This document shows, piece by piece, positions 10,553 to 18,530 of a stretch of 64,000 nucleotides of DNA. Position numbers and translations under genes: made by a program. The notes beneath the pieces are model-generated. The model saw only the letters and a program-made list of their open reading frames with translations, had not been told where the DNA came from and ran no database searches. The stretch lies in the NCBI GenBank assembly GCA_964517055.1, contig CAZFAQ010000002.1:24633-88632 (forward strand). The letters run 5' to 3'. The DNA comes from an uncultured bacterium (GTDB taxonomy: Bacteria; Deinococcota; Deinococci; Deinococcales; Trueperaceae). Numbering within the stretch: position 1 is the first letter of the stretch; each line of letters opens with the position of its first letter.

Positions 10553-11283
10553 TGGCCAGCAGCGTGCGACCCGCTGACCTCGGCGACGTCGCCGCGCTTA
10601 TGTCGATACGTTCCGCCCTGACGCCGCGCTGGCACGAGGCCTTCGTCCCAGCGGCCGGCGGTTTCCTGCTCGGGTCGAGCGACGACGCCTACCGAGCGCT
10701 CGTATCGAACGGCTGCGTCATGCTCGCCGAGACGGCCGGGAAGGTGACGGCGTTCTCGGTCGTCCTGCCAGACAGCGTCCTGCGATCGAGCGAGGTGTAC
10801 GGCAAGCGCCACGACGCTGGCATCGCCCCGGAGTCAGTCGCACGCCTGGAGGGCGCACGGGTTGCGTACTTCGATCAACTCGCGGCCGTTCCCGGGCACG
10901 GTCCTGCCGCGACGATGCTGGCCTACCTCCACCTTCTCGACACGTGCAAGACGCACGACGCGGTCCTCGCAACGACGGTCATCGAGCCGGTCGTGAACCG
11001 CGCGGCGGTCCCGCTGCTCGAGGCCGTTGGGTTCAGGGCGGTCGGTTCCATCGCCGAGCACTATCCGGACGTCGGCCCGATCATGTCGCGGGTTCACCTG
11101 GTGGAGTCCGGCGCGGTGGCCGCCGCGGCCGCCAGTACGCGGGGTATGCGCTTTCAGCGGTGGGCGGCAGCCAGTCGGCGCGGAGACCTGAGTCGTCTAG
11201 CACCGGTCAGCGTCGGTAAGGTCCTCGAACCTCTGCGGCACGAGGAGAACCTGCTCGGCGAGATGCTCGATCCTGCTCGGTGA
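10552..11283 (+). CDS. GNAT-like acetyltransferase, translationally coupled to the desaturase
   Basis: The ATG at 10552 overlaps the desaturase stop (TGATG). IRPADLGDVAAL... and NRAAVPLLEAVGFRAVG resemble GNAT ends. This is the downstream part of track ORF 9355-11283, whose upstream part is an alternate-frame artefact. Confidence 0.55.
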   Translation: MASSVRPADLGDVAALMSIRSALTPRWHEAFVPAAGGFLLGSSDDAYRALVSNGCVMLAETAGKVTAFSVVLPDSVLRSSEVYGKRHDAGIAPESVARLEGARVAYFDQLAAVPGHGPAATMLAYLHLLDTCKTHDAVLATTVIEPVVNRAAVPLLEAVGFRAVGSIAEHYPDVGPIMSRVHLVESGAVAAAAASTRGMRFQRWAAASRRGDLSRLAPVSVGKVLEPLRHEENLLGEMLDPAR

Positions 11284-11306
11284 TCGGGCGGGCCAAGCTC
11301 ACCGAC

Positions 11307-11660
11307 CTAGAGCCTAGTCCCGAGATGGTCGGACAGCCACTTGAGTATCTCCGCCACGGTTTCGACGTCGACGCTACCTGCTACCCCCTTGATCCTGCGC
11401 CTGTCGACCGTTCTCAACTGCTCGGTCATGGCGAAGCTCACGCGGTCGAGGGCCAGGTCTCCTCCCGATAGGCGCACGTGGTTTGGGAGGCCCCTGTCGC
11501 GGGTCGTCACGGGGACGACCATGATCACGTTGGGGATCACGGAGTTGTACAGACCGGATGACACGACCACGGCGGGGCGGCGCCCGGCTTGCTCGCTTCC
11601 CACAGACGGGTCTAGGTCGACCCATACCACCGCTCCTTGCGCGGTGAATACTTCAGTCAT
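11307..11660 (-). CDS. mazF: Type II toxin, PemK/MazF family endoribonuclease
   Basis: VVWVDLDPSVGSEQAGRRPAVVVS...VVPVTT is the PemK/MazF core. The start is set to ATG 11660, 8 nt inside the upstream antitoxin gene. Confidence 0.85.
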   Translation of the reverse strand: MTEVFTAQGAVVWVDLDPSVGSEQAGRRPAVVVSSGLYNSVIPNVIMVVPVTTRDRGLPNHVRLSGGDLALDRVSFAMTEQLRTVDRRRIKGVAGSVDVETVAEILKWLSDHLGTRL

Positions 11661-11889
11661 CAGTGAGGCCGTCACCCACGGTGGCGTCCCACGCTGCGAT
11701 CTCGTCCAAGTAGTCGTCGTCCGATGCCAGCGACGCGTACGCCTCACGCACGCGCTCCCACCTCTGCCGCTTCTCGAGCTCGTCGAGGGCCTCGGCTAAC
11801 AGCGCAGCCGACGTCACGCCTCTACGCTTGGCGGCCCGGCTGATCCGGTCGCGAAGGCCGATAGGCACCTTGATGGTCGTCACGGACAT
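11653..11889 (-). CDS. Ribbon-helix-helix (CopG-like) antitoxin
   Basis: 78 aa. The N-terminal TIKVPIGLRDRISRAAKRRGVTSAALLAEAL is an RHH motif. It lies directly upstream of and overlapping mazF. Confidence 0.7.
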   Translation of the reverse strand: MSVTTIKVPIGLRDRISRAAKRRGVTSAALLAEALDELEKRQRWERVREAYASLASDDDYLDEIAAWDATVGDGLTDD

Positions 11890-11898
11890 GCCGCGAGG

Positions 11899-11904
11899 AT
11901 ACTA
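11899..11904 (-). promoter_or_regulatory. -10-like box (TAGTAT) 9 nt upstream of the RHH antitoxin ATG
   Basis: The minus strand reads TAGTATcctcgcggcATG. Flanking short ATACT/AGTAT inverted repeats could be the operator. Confidence 0.3.
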
Positions 11905-11967
11905 CAGGTATGACGGGGAGTATGCCACTTCAGCGGGCACGGGCCCTGCGGGAGCCTCGCGTCCCTA

Positions 11968-12693
11968 TCAGTTGACGACCCGCCCGTCCGCCAGCTCGAT
12001 CCGCCGACCCGCCCGCCCCGCCACGTACGGATCGTGCGTGATCAGCACCACGGTCACGCCCTCTTCGTTGGCCCGGTCGAACAACGCCAGTACCTCGTCG
12101 CGGCTGTTCGAGTCGAGGTTGCCCGTCGGCTCGTCCGCCAGTATCACGCTGGGGTTCGTGACTAGCGCTCGCGCTATGGCGACCCTCTGCTCCTGGCCAC
12201 CTGAGAGCTCTCGCGGCAGGTGCTCCGCGTGCTCGAGCATGCCTACGGTGTCGAGAGCGGCGAGCGCCCGTTCGCGGCGGACAGGCGCGGGCACGGTCCT
12301 CTCGCCCCTGGCGTAGGCCAGCGGCAGCGCGACGTTCCGCCACGCAGGCAGGTGAGGGATCAGGTGGAAGCCCTGGAAGACGAAGCCGATGACCTCGTTG
12401 CGGATCGCGGACGCCGCGCGGTCGCTCAGGCTAGCCGCCTCGTGGCCCCCCAAGCGGTACGAGCCGGCCGTCGGACGGTCAAGCAGGCCGAGCAGGCTCA
12501 GGAGCGTCGACTTCCCAGAGCCGGACGGTCCGGTGATCGCGACGTACTCGCCCCTTCGTATCGTCAGGTCCGCGTCCACGAGGGCGCGGACCTGCCTCGC
12601 GCCCTTGCGGTGCATGCGCGTCAGGCCCGCGGTGCTTAGCAGCACGTCCGCGCCGCCGTTCGGTTCGACTGTCGCTACCTGATCTGCATGCAT
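11968..12693 (-). CDS. ABC transporter ATP-binding protein (MacB/LolD/FtsE-like)
   Basis: Walker A GPSGSGKST, ABC signature LSGGQEQR and Walker B ILADEPTGNLD. Confidence 0.9.
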   Translation of the reverse strand: MHADQVATVEPNGGADVLLSTAGLTRMHRKGARQVRALVDADLTIRRGEYVAITGPSGSGKSTLLSLLGLLDRPTAGSYRLGGHEAASLSDRAASAIRNEVIGFVFQGFHLIPHLPAWRNVALPLAYARGERTVPAPVRRERALAALDTVGMLEHAEHLPRELSGGQEQRVAIARALVTNPSVILADEPTGNLDSNSRDEVLALFDRANEEGVTVVLITHDPYVAGRAGRRIELADGRVVN

Positions 12694-12743
12694 GCGTGCC
12701 CCTCTCCGTACGTCCCCCTGAGGGAGTCCTCCGACCGGTCCAC

Positions 12744-13883
12744 CTAGAACAGCCCGAAGCGAAGCAGGCCCTGCATCAGGGTGGCCTGGCTCGCCAGGTT
12801 GCTGGGTGACGCCGCGTAGGCGCCGACCGGAGCGCCGCTGTCGTCGAAGAGGACGAGGATCGTCGCGGCGTGCCTGACGAAGCCCTTCACCCAGTCCGGT
12901 ATGGCCGCGCTCAACTCCGCGTCCGCCTCGACGCCCTTCGCCGCCAAAGCGGCCGCGTGCTCCTCGCTCGTCACGTACTCGGCACCGTCCGCCGTGACCG
13001 TGTCGCTCGCGATAACAAGCAGAGGGACCTCGGTGTTCGCCCTGCCGAGGATCGCCAGCGCCTGCGTCACGGCCGCGTCGACGGGCACTGGCTCGCGGAA
13101 CGCGTACGGCATCAGCACAGCGAAGTACCTGCCTGACAGGCCGTTCGCCTCCAAGATCCCTTCCGGCATGACCATCGTCTGGGGTTCGTCGATGTCGCCT
13201 GCGAGGCAGGCCCGCGTGAAGCGCCCGAGCGACGCGTCTGTCGGCTCGAAGTCGCGCCTGCCCCGCGCCCAGCCCAGGATCCTCTCGTCGTTCGCGCAGA
13301 GGATGATCTCGACGGGGCTGATGAACTCGGTGCCGAAGATCGTCTGCCTGCTGGCCGCGAACTGGGGGATGATGGCTTCGAGGTCCCAGCGCAGGACGAT
13401 CCCCTCAGGGTCGACGAGGAAGTCGTAGCCGGTGGCGATCAGCTCCTCGGTCGTCGTCGGGAAGATGGGCACCTCGGCCCACCCCATGTTCCTGGCATCG
13501 ATGATGCGCGTCTCCGGCGTGCCCCACTGAGTCGCGACGAAGATCGGTGTCGGGCCGCCCACCTCCGCAGCCGCCTTGGCGATCACCTCGAACCGCTCCC
13601 GGTACATCGAGGTGTCGCTCGAGTAGTACTCGTTGTTGATCGTGTAGTTCGAGTCGATGCTCTGAACGTAGACAACGGTCGGCTGACTGCCCGCGGGAAG
13701 CGCGTCCAACGCGCCGAGCGCCGCCATCATCTGGCCGGGCTCACCGAGCATCCCGCGATGTACGCCCAACGTGTCGACGTACACCACGGCTTGGGCCAGG
13801 GCGGGCTGGACTGCCAAGATCGTGACCGACAGGAGCGCCGAGAGGACGACGCGGCGTGCGGGCCTGTGGCGGGACATGTTCAC
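12744..13883 (-). CDS. Secreted protein of unknown function (P1), paralogue of 17369-18502
   Basis: Sec signal peptide (...AVQPALA/QA). Shares conserved blocks with P2. Its start overlaps the permease stop (GTGA). Confidence 0.75.
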   Translation of the reverse strand: MNMSRHRPARRVVLSALLSVTILAVQPALAQAVVYVDTLGVHRGMLGEPGQMMAALGALDALPAGSQPTVVYVQSIDSNYTINNEYYSSDTSMYRERFEVIAKAAAEVGGPTPIFVATQWGTPETRIIDARNMGWAEVPIFPTTTEELIATGYDFLVDPEGIVLRWDLEAIIPQFAASRQTIFGTEFISPVEIILCANDERILGWARGRRDFEPTDASLGRFTRACLAGDIDEPQTMVMPEGILEANGLSGRYFAVLMPYAFREPVPVDAAVTQALAILGRANTEVPLLVIASDTVTADGAEYVTSEEHAAALAAKGVEADAELSAAIPDWVKGFVRHAATILVLFDDSGAPVGAYAASPSNLASQATLMQGLLRFGLF

Positions 13884-16243
13884 TCCTCCTTGAGCACGCT
13901 CCAGGGAGGCGAGCGGCTGAAAGTGGTGACGGGAACGGCGACGGCGAGGAGGGCGGCCGCGATGGCGACGGCCAGCACGAGCACCGCGCGACCTAGCGGC
14001 ATCACGAAGTCCCAGGGCGCCAACGTCGAGACCCAGTAGACGGTCGCGACTGCCAGCACGAGCCCGACCAGAGCCGCGTACGTCGCGATCTTGAGTGCTG
14101 CCGCCGTCGAGACGGCCGCGAGCCGCGCCACCGTGGCCCCGAGCGCCCGTTTCAGGGCGAGCTCAGGCCGCGCCCTCACGAGGCGCACCGTGACGATCGA
14201 GGCCAGCCCGGCGGCGCCGACGATCAGGGACAACCAGGCCACCGTGCTCCAGGCCGCGGCGACGTCGGCCATGGTCGATCTGACCTGGCTCAGGTCGCCC
14301 GCCGGCTCGTACACGACTGCGGGAGCGTACTGCCCCTGGTAGCGCTCGTCGATCACCTTCCGTATCTGCGCGACGACCGCCTCGCGGTCAGCGGCGGGGT
14401 CCAGCCTCACGTGGAAGTCGCGCACCAGGGCGCCGGCCATCGGCGGCGGGTCCGGCGGCCGCAACCTCACGATCATCCCGTCCGTCAGGTCGCCCATGGA
14501 CGTGAACGGCTGGCTGGCGTAAACGCCGACGACCGTCACCTCCTGCGCGTTGGGGTCGACCTCGCCTATGCCCACCGGCCGGCCGAGCGTGATGGTTCGC
14601 CCCACGACCTCTTCCAAAGGCACGCCCGGGTAGACCAGCTCCGCGATCGACGTCCCGATGATCGTCTCGTTCTGAGCCACTGGCGTGCGGCCGTGCGCGA
14701 TAGGCCTCGGGAAGGTCTCGAAGAACCCAGGGTCAACGCGCGCGCCCGCAGTCGGCCTGGCGGTCTGGCCCTCCGGACCGACTAAGACAAGCGACGTGTT
14801 CTCGGTTATGGACAGGACAAGCTCCTCGACGCCGGGCACCGCCGCGACCGCCGCCGCGTCCTGTTCGTCGATGGGCGGTGGCGGGTAGATCGACGCCCTG
14901 CTGCCGGGCGGCTGCTGGTTGCTTAGCACCAATCGGTCGCCGCCTATCTCGTGGAGGCGCTGCTGGAACCAGGTGTTGGTACCTGCCCCTATCGAGGTAG
15001 CCACCATGAGTGCCAGCACGCCGGCCGCCATGCCGGTCAGCGCGACGCCCTCCCACACCGGCGGCGACAGCTCCTCGCGCAACGCCCGGTAGATGGGCAG
15101 CCGCAACGTCCATGCCGCAGGGACGGCCGCCGAGAGGAGCGTGACGACGAGCCCCGCGCCGACGCCGTAGAGAAGCGCCTCCGGCGTGAACGGCACCCCT
15201 TCGCCGCCAACGCGCACGAACCGGTCGGCCACCGGCCACAGCGCCAGGCCGAGCGCCGTGCCGACGCCGCCGACGAGCAGCCCGTCGGCCGCGACCTCTA
15301 GCGCGATGCGCGCACGCGTGGCACCGAGCGCCCTGCGCACCGCGAGTGGCCGAGCCCGGTCCGCGGCGCGCAACCCGAGGGCGTTCGCCAGGTTCCCGAC
15401 CGTCGCCACCAGCGCCAGCACGACGATCCACGTCGAGCCGCGTGTCAGCTCGTCCGCTACCTCGCTTCTGAACCTGTACTGCGAACCGAGCCACTCCCCT
15501 GCGGTGACGACCTCGTTGACTTGACCGATGGGCAGGCTGTCCAAGGCTGCCCGAACCTCGCGAAGCGCCGTGGCGCCCTCTCCGGGCTCATGTCTCACGA
15601 ACGCGTAGGTACCAACAGGCCGCCCGAAGGGCGAGCCGCCGACCATCGTTCCGGAGTCCGGGACCAACGCCGAGACGGGTAGCCTCGAGACCGGGAACTC
15701 GACGACCCCTTCGGGCAACGGTCCCACCACCCCGACGACCCTCGCCACGATCCCGAACCCGAGGTCCACCACCTGACCGACGGCTGCTTCGGCTCCGCCG
15801 TACAGCTCCGTGGCGATCGTAGAACCTAGGACGGTGACCGGCAGGCCGAGCTCCCTGTCGTCGACCGTCAGCGCGCGGCCGGCGCTGAGTTCGAGGCCGA
15901 GCACGTCGAAGACCTGCTCGGTGACGGCGGTCCGCGTGATCCGCACGTTGCCGTCAAGCGCGGTAGAACTCTCACCGAAGTAAGCGACGTCCGCAACGCC
16001 CGGCAGGCCGAGGAAGGAGGCTGCCTCCTCGCGTGTGATGCCCCCGTTCTCCTGCCCCGGCTCGAGGATCGAGTCGTCGCCACCGGTGCCCAGGTACCGG
16101 ACCACCAGAACGTCGGGAGCGAAGGTGGCGGCCAACTGATCTATCTGCTGGCGCTGCCACTCGCGGATGGCCATCACGGTCGTGAACGCCGCGACGCCGA
16201 GAGCGACCGATAGGACCGCGATGATCGTCTGCGTGCGTCTCAT
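13880..16243 (-). CDS. ABC transporter permease, fused double MacB_PCD + FtsX unit
   Basis: 787 aa. Two repeats of TM1, a large extracytoplasmic domain and three TM helices. RRALGATRARI and KRALGATVARL mark the FtsX segments. Confidence 0.85.
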   Translation of the reverse strand: MRRTQTIIAVLSVALGVAAFTTVMAIREWQRQQIDQLAATFAPDVLVVRYLGTGGDDSILEPGQENGGITREEAASFLGLPGVADVAYFGESSTALDGNVRITRTAVTEQVFDVLGLELSAGRALTVDDRELGLPVTVLGSTIATELYGGAEAAVGQVVDLGFGIVARVVGVVGPLPEGVVEFPVSRLPVSALVPDSGTMVGGSPFGRPVGTYAFVRHEPGEGATALREVRAALDSLPIGQVNEVVTAGEWLGSQYRFRSEVADELTRGSTWIVVLALVATVGNLANALGLRAADRARPLAVRRALGATRARIALEVAADGLLVGGVGTALGLALWPVADRFVRVGGEGVPFTPEALLYGVGAGLVVTLLSAAVPAAWTLRLPIYRALREELSPPVWEGVALTGMAAGVLALMVATSIGAGTNTWFQQRLHEIGGDRLVLSNQQPPGSRASIYPPPPIDEQDAAAVAAVPGVEELVLSITENTSLVLVGPEGQTARPTAGARVDPGFFETFPRPIAHGRTPVAQNETIIGTSIAELVYPGVPLEEVVGRTITLGRPVGIGEVDPNAQEVTVVGVYASQPFTSMGDLTDGMIVRLRPPDPPPMAGALVRDFHVRLDPAADREAVVAQIRKVIDERYQGQYAPAVVYEPAGDLSQVRSTMADVAAAWSTVAWLSLIVGAAGLASIVTVRLVRARPELALKRALGATVARLAAVSTAAALKIATYAALVGLVLAVATVYWVSTLAPWDFVMPLGRAVLVLAVAIAAALLAVAVPVTTFSRSPPWSVLKEE

Positions 16244-16473
16244 TCGGGTTGCCGTTCCGTCCAGGCGCCCGTGCTGAAGAGTTCCTCATCGGTGGCGGCG
16301 CATTCGGCCAACCCTTCCAACACGCCGCGCCAGTGCTTCTGGCCGCCCGCAGGGACCATCCTCGCGACCACATTGCCGTGCCGTGTCATTTCCCCTTTCC
16401 GACCCGCTGCGACCTCATCCAGGAGGGCGAACCGTCGCGCCTCGACCTTTGCGGCCGTGATCGGCTTGGTCAC
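16240..16473 (-). CDS. Phd/YefM (VapB-type)-like antitoxin-family protein
   Basis: ITAAKVEARRFALLDEVAAGRKGEMTRHGNVVARMVPA fits the Phd/YefM N-terminal fold. Its stop overlaps the permease ATG (ATGA). Confidence 0.65.
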   Translation of the reverse strand: MTKPITAAKVEARRFALLDEVAAGRKGEMTRHGNVVARMVPAGGQKHWRGVLEGLAECAATDEELFSTGAWTERQPE

Positions 16474-16479
16474 CAGGTC

Positions 16480-16485
16480 ATCCTA
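16480..16485 (-). promoter_or_regulatory. -10-like box (TAGGAT) 6 nt upstream of the Phd-like GTG
   Basis: The minus strand reads aTAGGATgacctgGTG. The TAG is the stop codon of the NTase gene. Confidence 0.35.
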
Positions 16486-17055
16486 TCTGCCTCTGGCGCG
16501 AGCCAGCAGGTCGGAAAGCTGCAAGCGGCCTGCCCACTTATCGAGGTAGGCGTCATCGAGGAGCGCTCCCTGAACCTTCACGAGACCGGTGATGTCACCC
16601 CATTGACGGTCCGAGGTCTCGTCACCGAGCCGGTACCAGAGCAGCTTGTGGAGCAGCGTGTCTTCGGCGCTGGCGAACCTGAGCTCGAAAGGACCGCCTG
16701 GTCTCTCGATCGTGACAGCTTGTGCACGCCGCATCTCTTCGGCTGACCATTCGTCGTCCGACATGATGAACACGTCGAGCTTGAACATGCTCTCACGGTG
16801 AAATACGTTGAAGGTCCCACGCCTCTGCGCGGCCTCGCGGGCCATGCTGATGTCCACATAGAAGTCACTGGCGAGTCGTCGTATGAACTCTTCGGCACGC
16901 GCGACGTCCAGGTCCGCCACGATGTCGGCATCCAAGGTCGCCCTTGGGATCCCGTACTTGGAGCTAGCCAACGAGCCGCCCACCAGGTAGTCGATGCCCA
17001 GCTCATCCAGTACCTGCGCGACCGCGGCGACCACTTCGAGCGGGTCCGTGAGCAT
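16483..17055 (-). CDS. Pol-beta-superfamily nucleotidyltransferase-like protein
   Basis: GGSLASSKYGIPRATLDADIV fits the hG[GS]-x(9-13)-DxD minimal NTase motif. 190 aa. Codon third positions are visibly less G/C than in neighbouring genes. Confidence 0.55.
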   Translation of the reverse strand: MLTDPLEVVAAVAQVLDELGIDYLVGGSLASSKYGIPRATLDADIVADLDVARAEEFIRRLASDFYVDISMAREAAQRRGTFNVFHRESMFKLDVFIMSDDEWSAEEMRRAQAVTIERPGGPFELRFASAEDTLLHKLLWYRLGDETSDRQWGDITGLVKVQGALLDDAYLDKWAGRLQLSDLLARARGR

Positions 17056-17318
17056 CAGAAACCGTGCTGCTCGACGTCCCAGTCGAAGCCGCGCTTCATC
17101 ACGGCCGGTGGGGTCCAGCGTGAAGCAGCCCGCATGAGATGCTCGCGCTCGCTGTCTCCCGGGTACCGAGCGCGAACGTCAGACAGGGCGAGTTCCCTGA
17201 CGGCGGAGGACAGCGCGCCGGCGAGCATCAGCTTCTGGCTAGAAGACATGGCACGGAAGCCTTCGATGAGTAGTGCCTCGCTCCTGGGGTCGGTGTCGTT
17301 CGGTGGGGCTCGGCGCAT
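17055..17318 (-). CDS. Small helical protein (87 aa), partner of the nucleotidyltransferase
   Basis: Its stop and the NTase start share one base (TGATG). The start is moved from 17342 to ATG 17318 because a TAGACT box lies 7 nt upstream. Confidence 0.5.
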   Translation of the reverse strand: MRRAPPNDTDPRSEALLIEGFRAMSSSQKLMLAGALSSAVRELALSDVRARYPGDSEREHLMRAASRWTPPAVMKRGFDWDVEQHGF

Positions 17319-17325
17319 CTCGTGC

Positions 17326-17331
17326 AGTCTA
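17326..17331 (-). promoter_or_regulatory. -10-like box (TAGACT) 7 nt upstream of ATG 17318
   Basis: The minus strand reads cggTAGACTgcacgagATG. Confidence 0.4.
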
Positions 17332-17355
17332 CCGACGTCCATAAAGCCATTGGTT

Positions 17356-17361
17356 TAGGCT
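17356..17361 (+). promoter_or_regulatory. -10-like box (TAGGCT) 7 nt upstream of the P2 ATG at 17369
   Basis: The plus strand reads TAGGCTcgactcaATG. Confidence 0.4.
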
Positions 17362-17368
17362 CGACTCA

Positions 17369-18502
17369 ATGGCACCCGGCTCTTGGATGATCATCAGGGC
17401 AACGACAGTGCTCGTCGCGCTCTTCGCGGCGTTGGCACACGCACAGGAGAGCCAACCGACGAGCCCGAGCGTCTTCCTGTCGACGGACGCACTGTTTCGC
17501 TCGAAAGGTGAGGTCCAAGACCAGGTCGCGCTGCACGAGGTTCTATCCGACGTCGGCGCCCTTCCCGACCACGACGAACCGACTGTCATCCTCATCCGCA
17601 GCGTCGACGCGTACTGGGGCGACCTCAGGTGGGCGGAAGACGTCCGCGAGCGCGAGCTGGCCCGCTTGGCGACGATCCGTACGAACACCGCCGTGAACGA
17701 TGGCGCGATGCCCATCCTCGTACTCGCTCCTGACGGCACTCCCGAGAACATGGAGCAGCGCGTCAGCATGTTCGGCTACCAGCAGAGCGCGTTCCCGTCC
17801 ACGCCGGGCGAGTTAGTGGAGGCTGGGCTCGACTGGCTTGCTGACCCGGAGGGCTTCGACCTCCGCTGGGACCGTGAGGGCCTCATCGCGAACCACGTCT
17901 CGCAGCGCTGGACCCTGTTCGGGGTCGAGCACGTCGGCGCCCTCGACATGGTGATCTGCTCGGACCGCACGGAGGTCCGCGGTTGGGCGCGCGGTTATCA
18001 AGACACTCAGGCTTCGGACGCGTCGCTCGGCAGGTTCGTGCAGCGTTGCGTGAACCACGAGTTGGCGCTCCCAGCCGACCGCAAGCTCGCACCGGAGCTC
18101 ACGGCGGAGCTCGGTCCAGATGGGTCGTGGTTCGCCCTCCTCCTCCCCCGCTACACGTACCCATGGCTGGAGGAGGCCGTCGCCCTCGCCGAGAGGTCCC
18201 TGGCGATCGCTGACCCGTCGGTGCCGCTACACGTGATCGCCACCGAATCCATCACCCCAGAGCACGACCGCATCGTCCCAGCGGACGAGCACAGCGCGCT
18301 GCTCGAGGAACGCGGCGTCCCCGTGGATATCGAGCTTAGCCGTAGGCTCCCCGCTTGGATCGCCGACTACACTACCGGCGGCGCCTCGCTACTGCTGTTC
18401 GACCCGAACGGCCGACTCGTCGAGTCGTTCTTCGCGACGAACGCGACCATCGACGGCATCAAGACGTTGACAACCACGCTCGTCGAGGCTGGGTTGTTCT
18501 AA
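17369..18502 (+). CDS. Secreted protein of unknown function (P2), paralogue of 12744-13883
   Basis: Signal peptide (...FAALAHA/QE). Shared blocks are DPEGxxLRWD, GWARG...DASLGRFxxxC, LxLFDxxG and a C-terminal GLF. Confidence 0.75.
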   Translation: MAPGSWMIIRATTVLVALFAALAHAQESQPTSPSVFLSTDALFRSKGEVQDQVALHEVLSDVGALPDHDEPTVILIRSVDAYWGDLRWAEDVRERELARLATIRTNTAVNDGAMPILVLAPDGTPENMEQRVSMFGYQQSAFPSTPGELVEAGLDWLADPEGFDLRWDREGLIANHVSQRWTLFGVEHVGALDMVICSDRTEVRGWARGYQDTQASDASLGRFVQRCVNHELALPADRKLAPELTAELGPDGSWFALLLPRYTYPWLEEAVALAERSLAIADPSVPLHVIATESITPEHDRIVPADEHSALLEERGVPVDIELSRRLPAWIADYTTGGASLLLFDPNGRLVESFFATNATIDGIKTLTTTLVEAGLF

Positions 18503-18530
18503 TCCGGATCTCTGCGCGGGTCCCCTGGCG

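Noticed and set aside
12744-18502. The C-terminal Phe (GLF) of both secreted paralogues as an outer-membrane beta-barrel sorting signal.
   Set aside because: The preceding residues do not show the alternating hydrophobic pattern of the OMP beta-signal, and the proteins do not look like beta-barrels. The conserved GLF is recorded only as a family feature.
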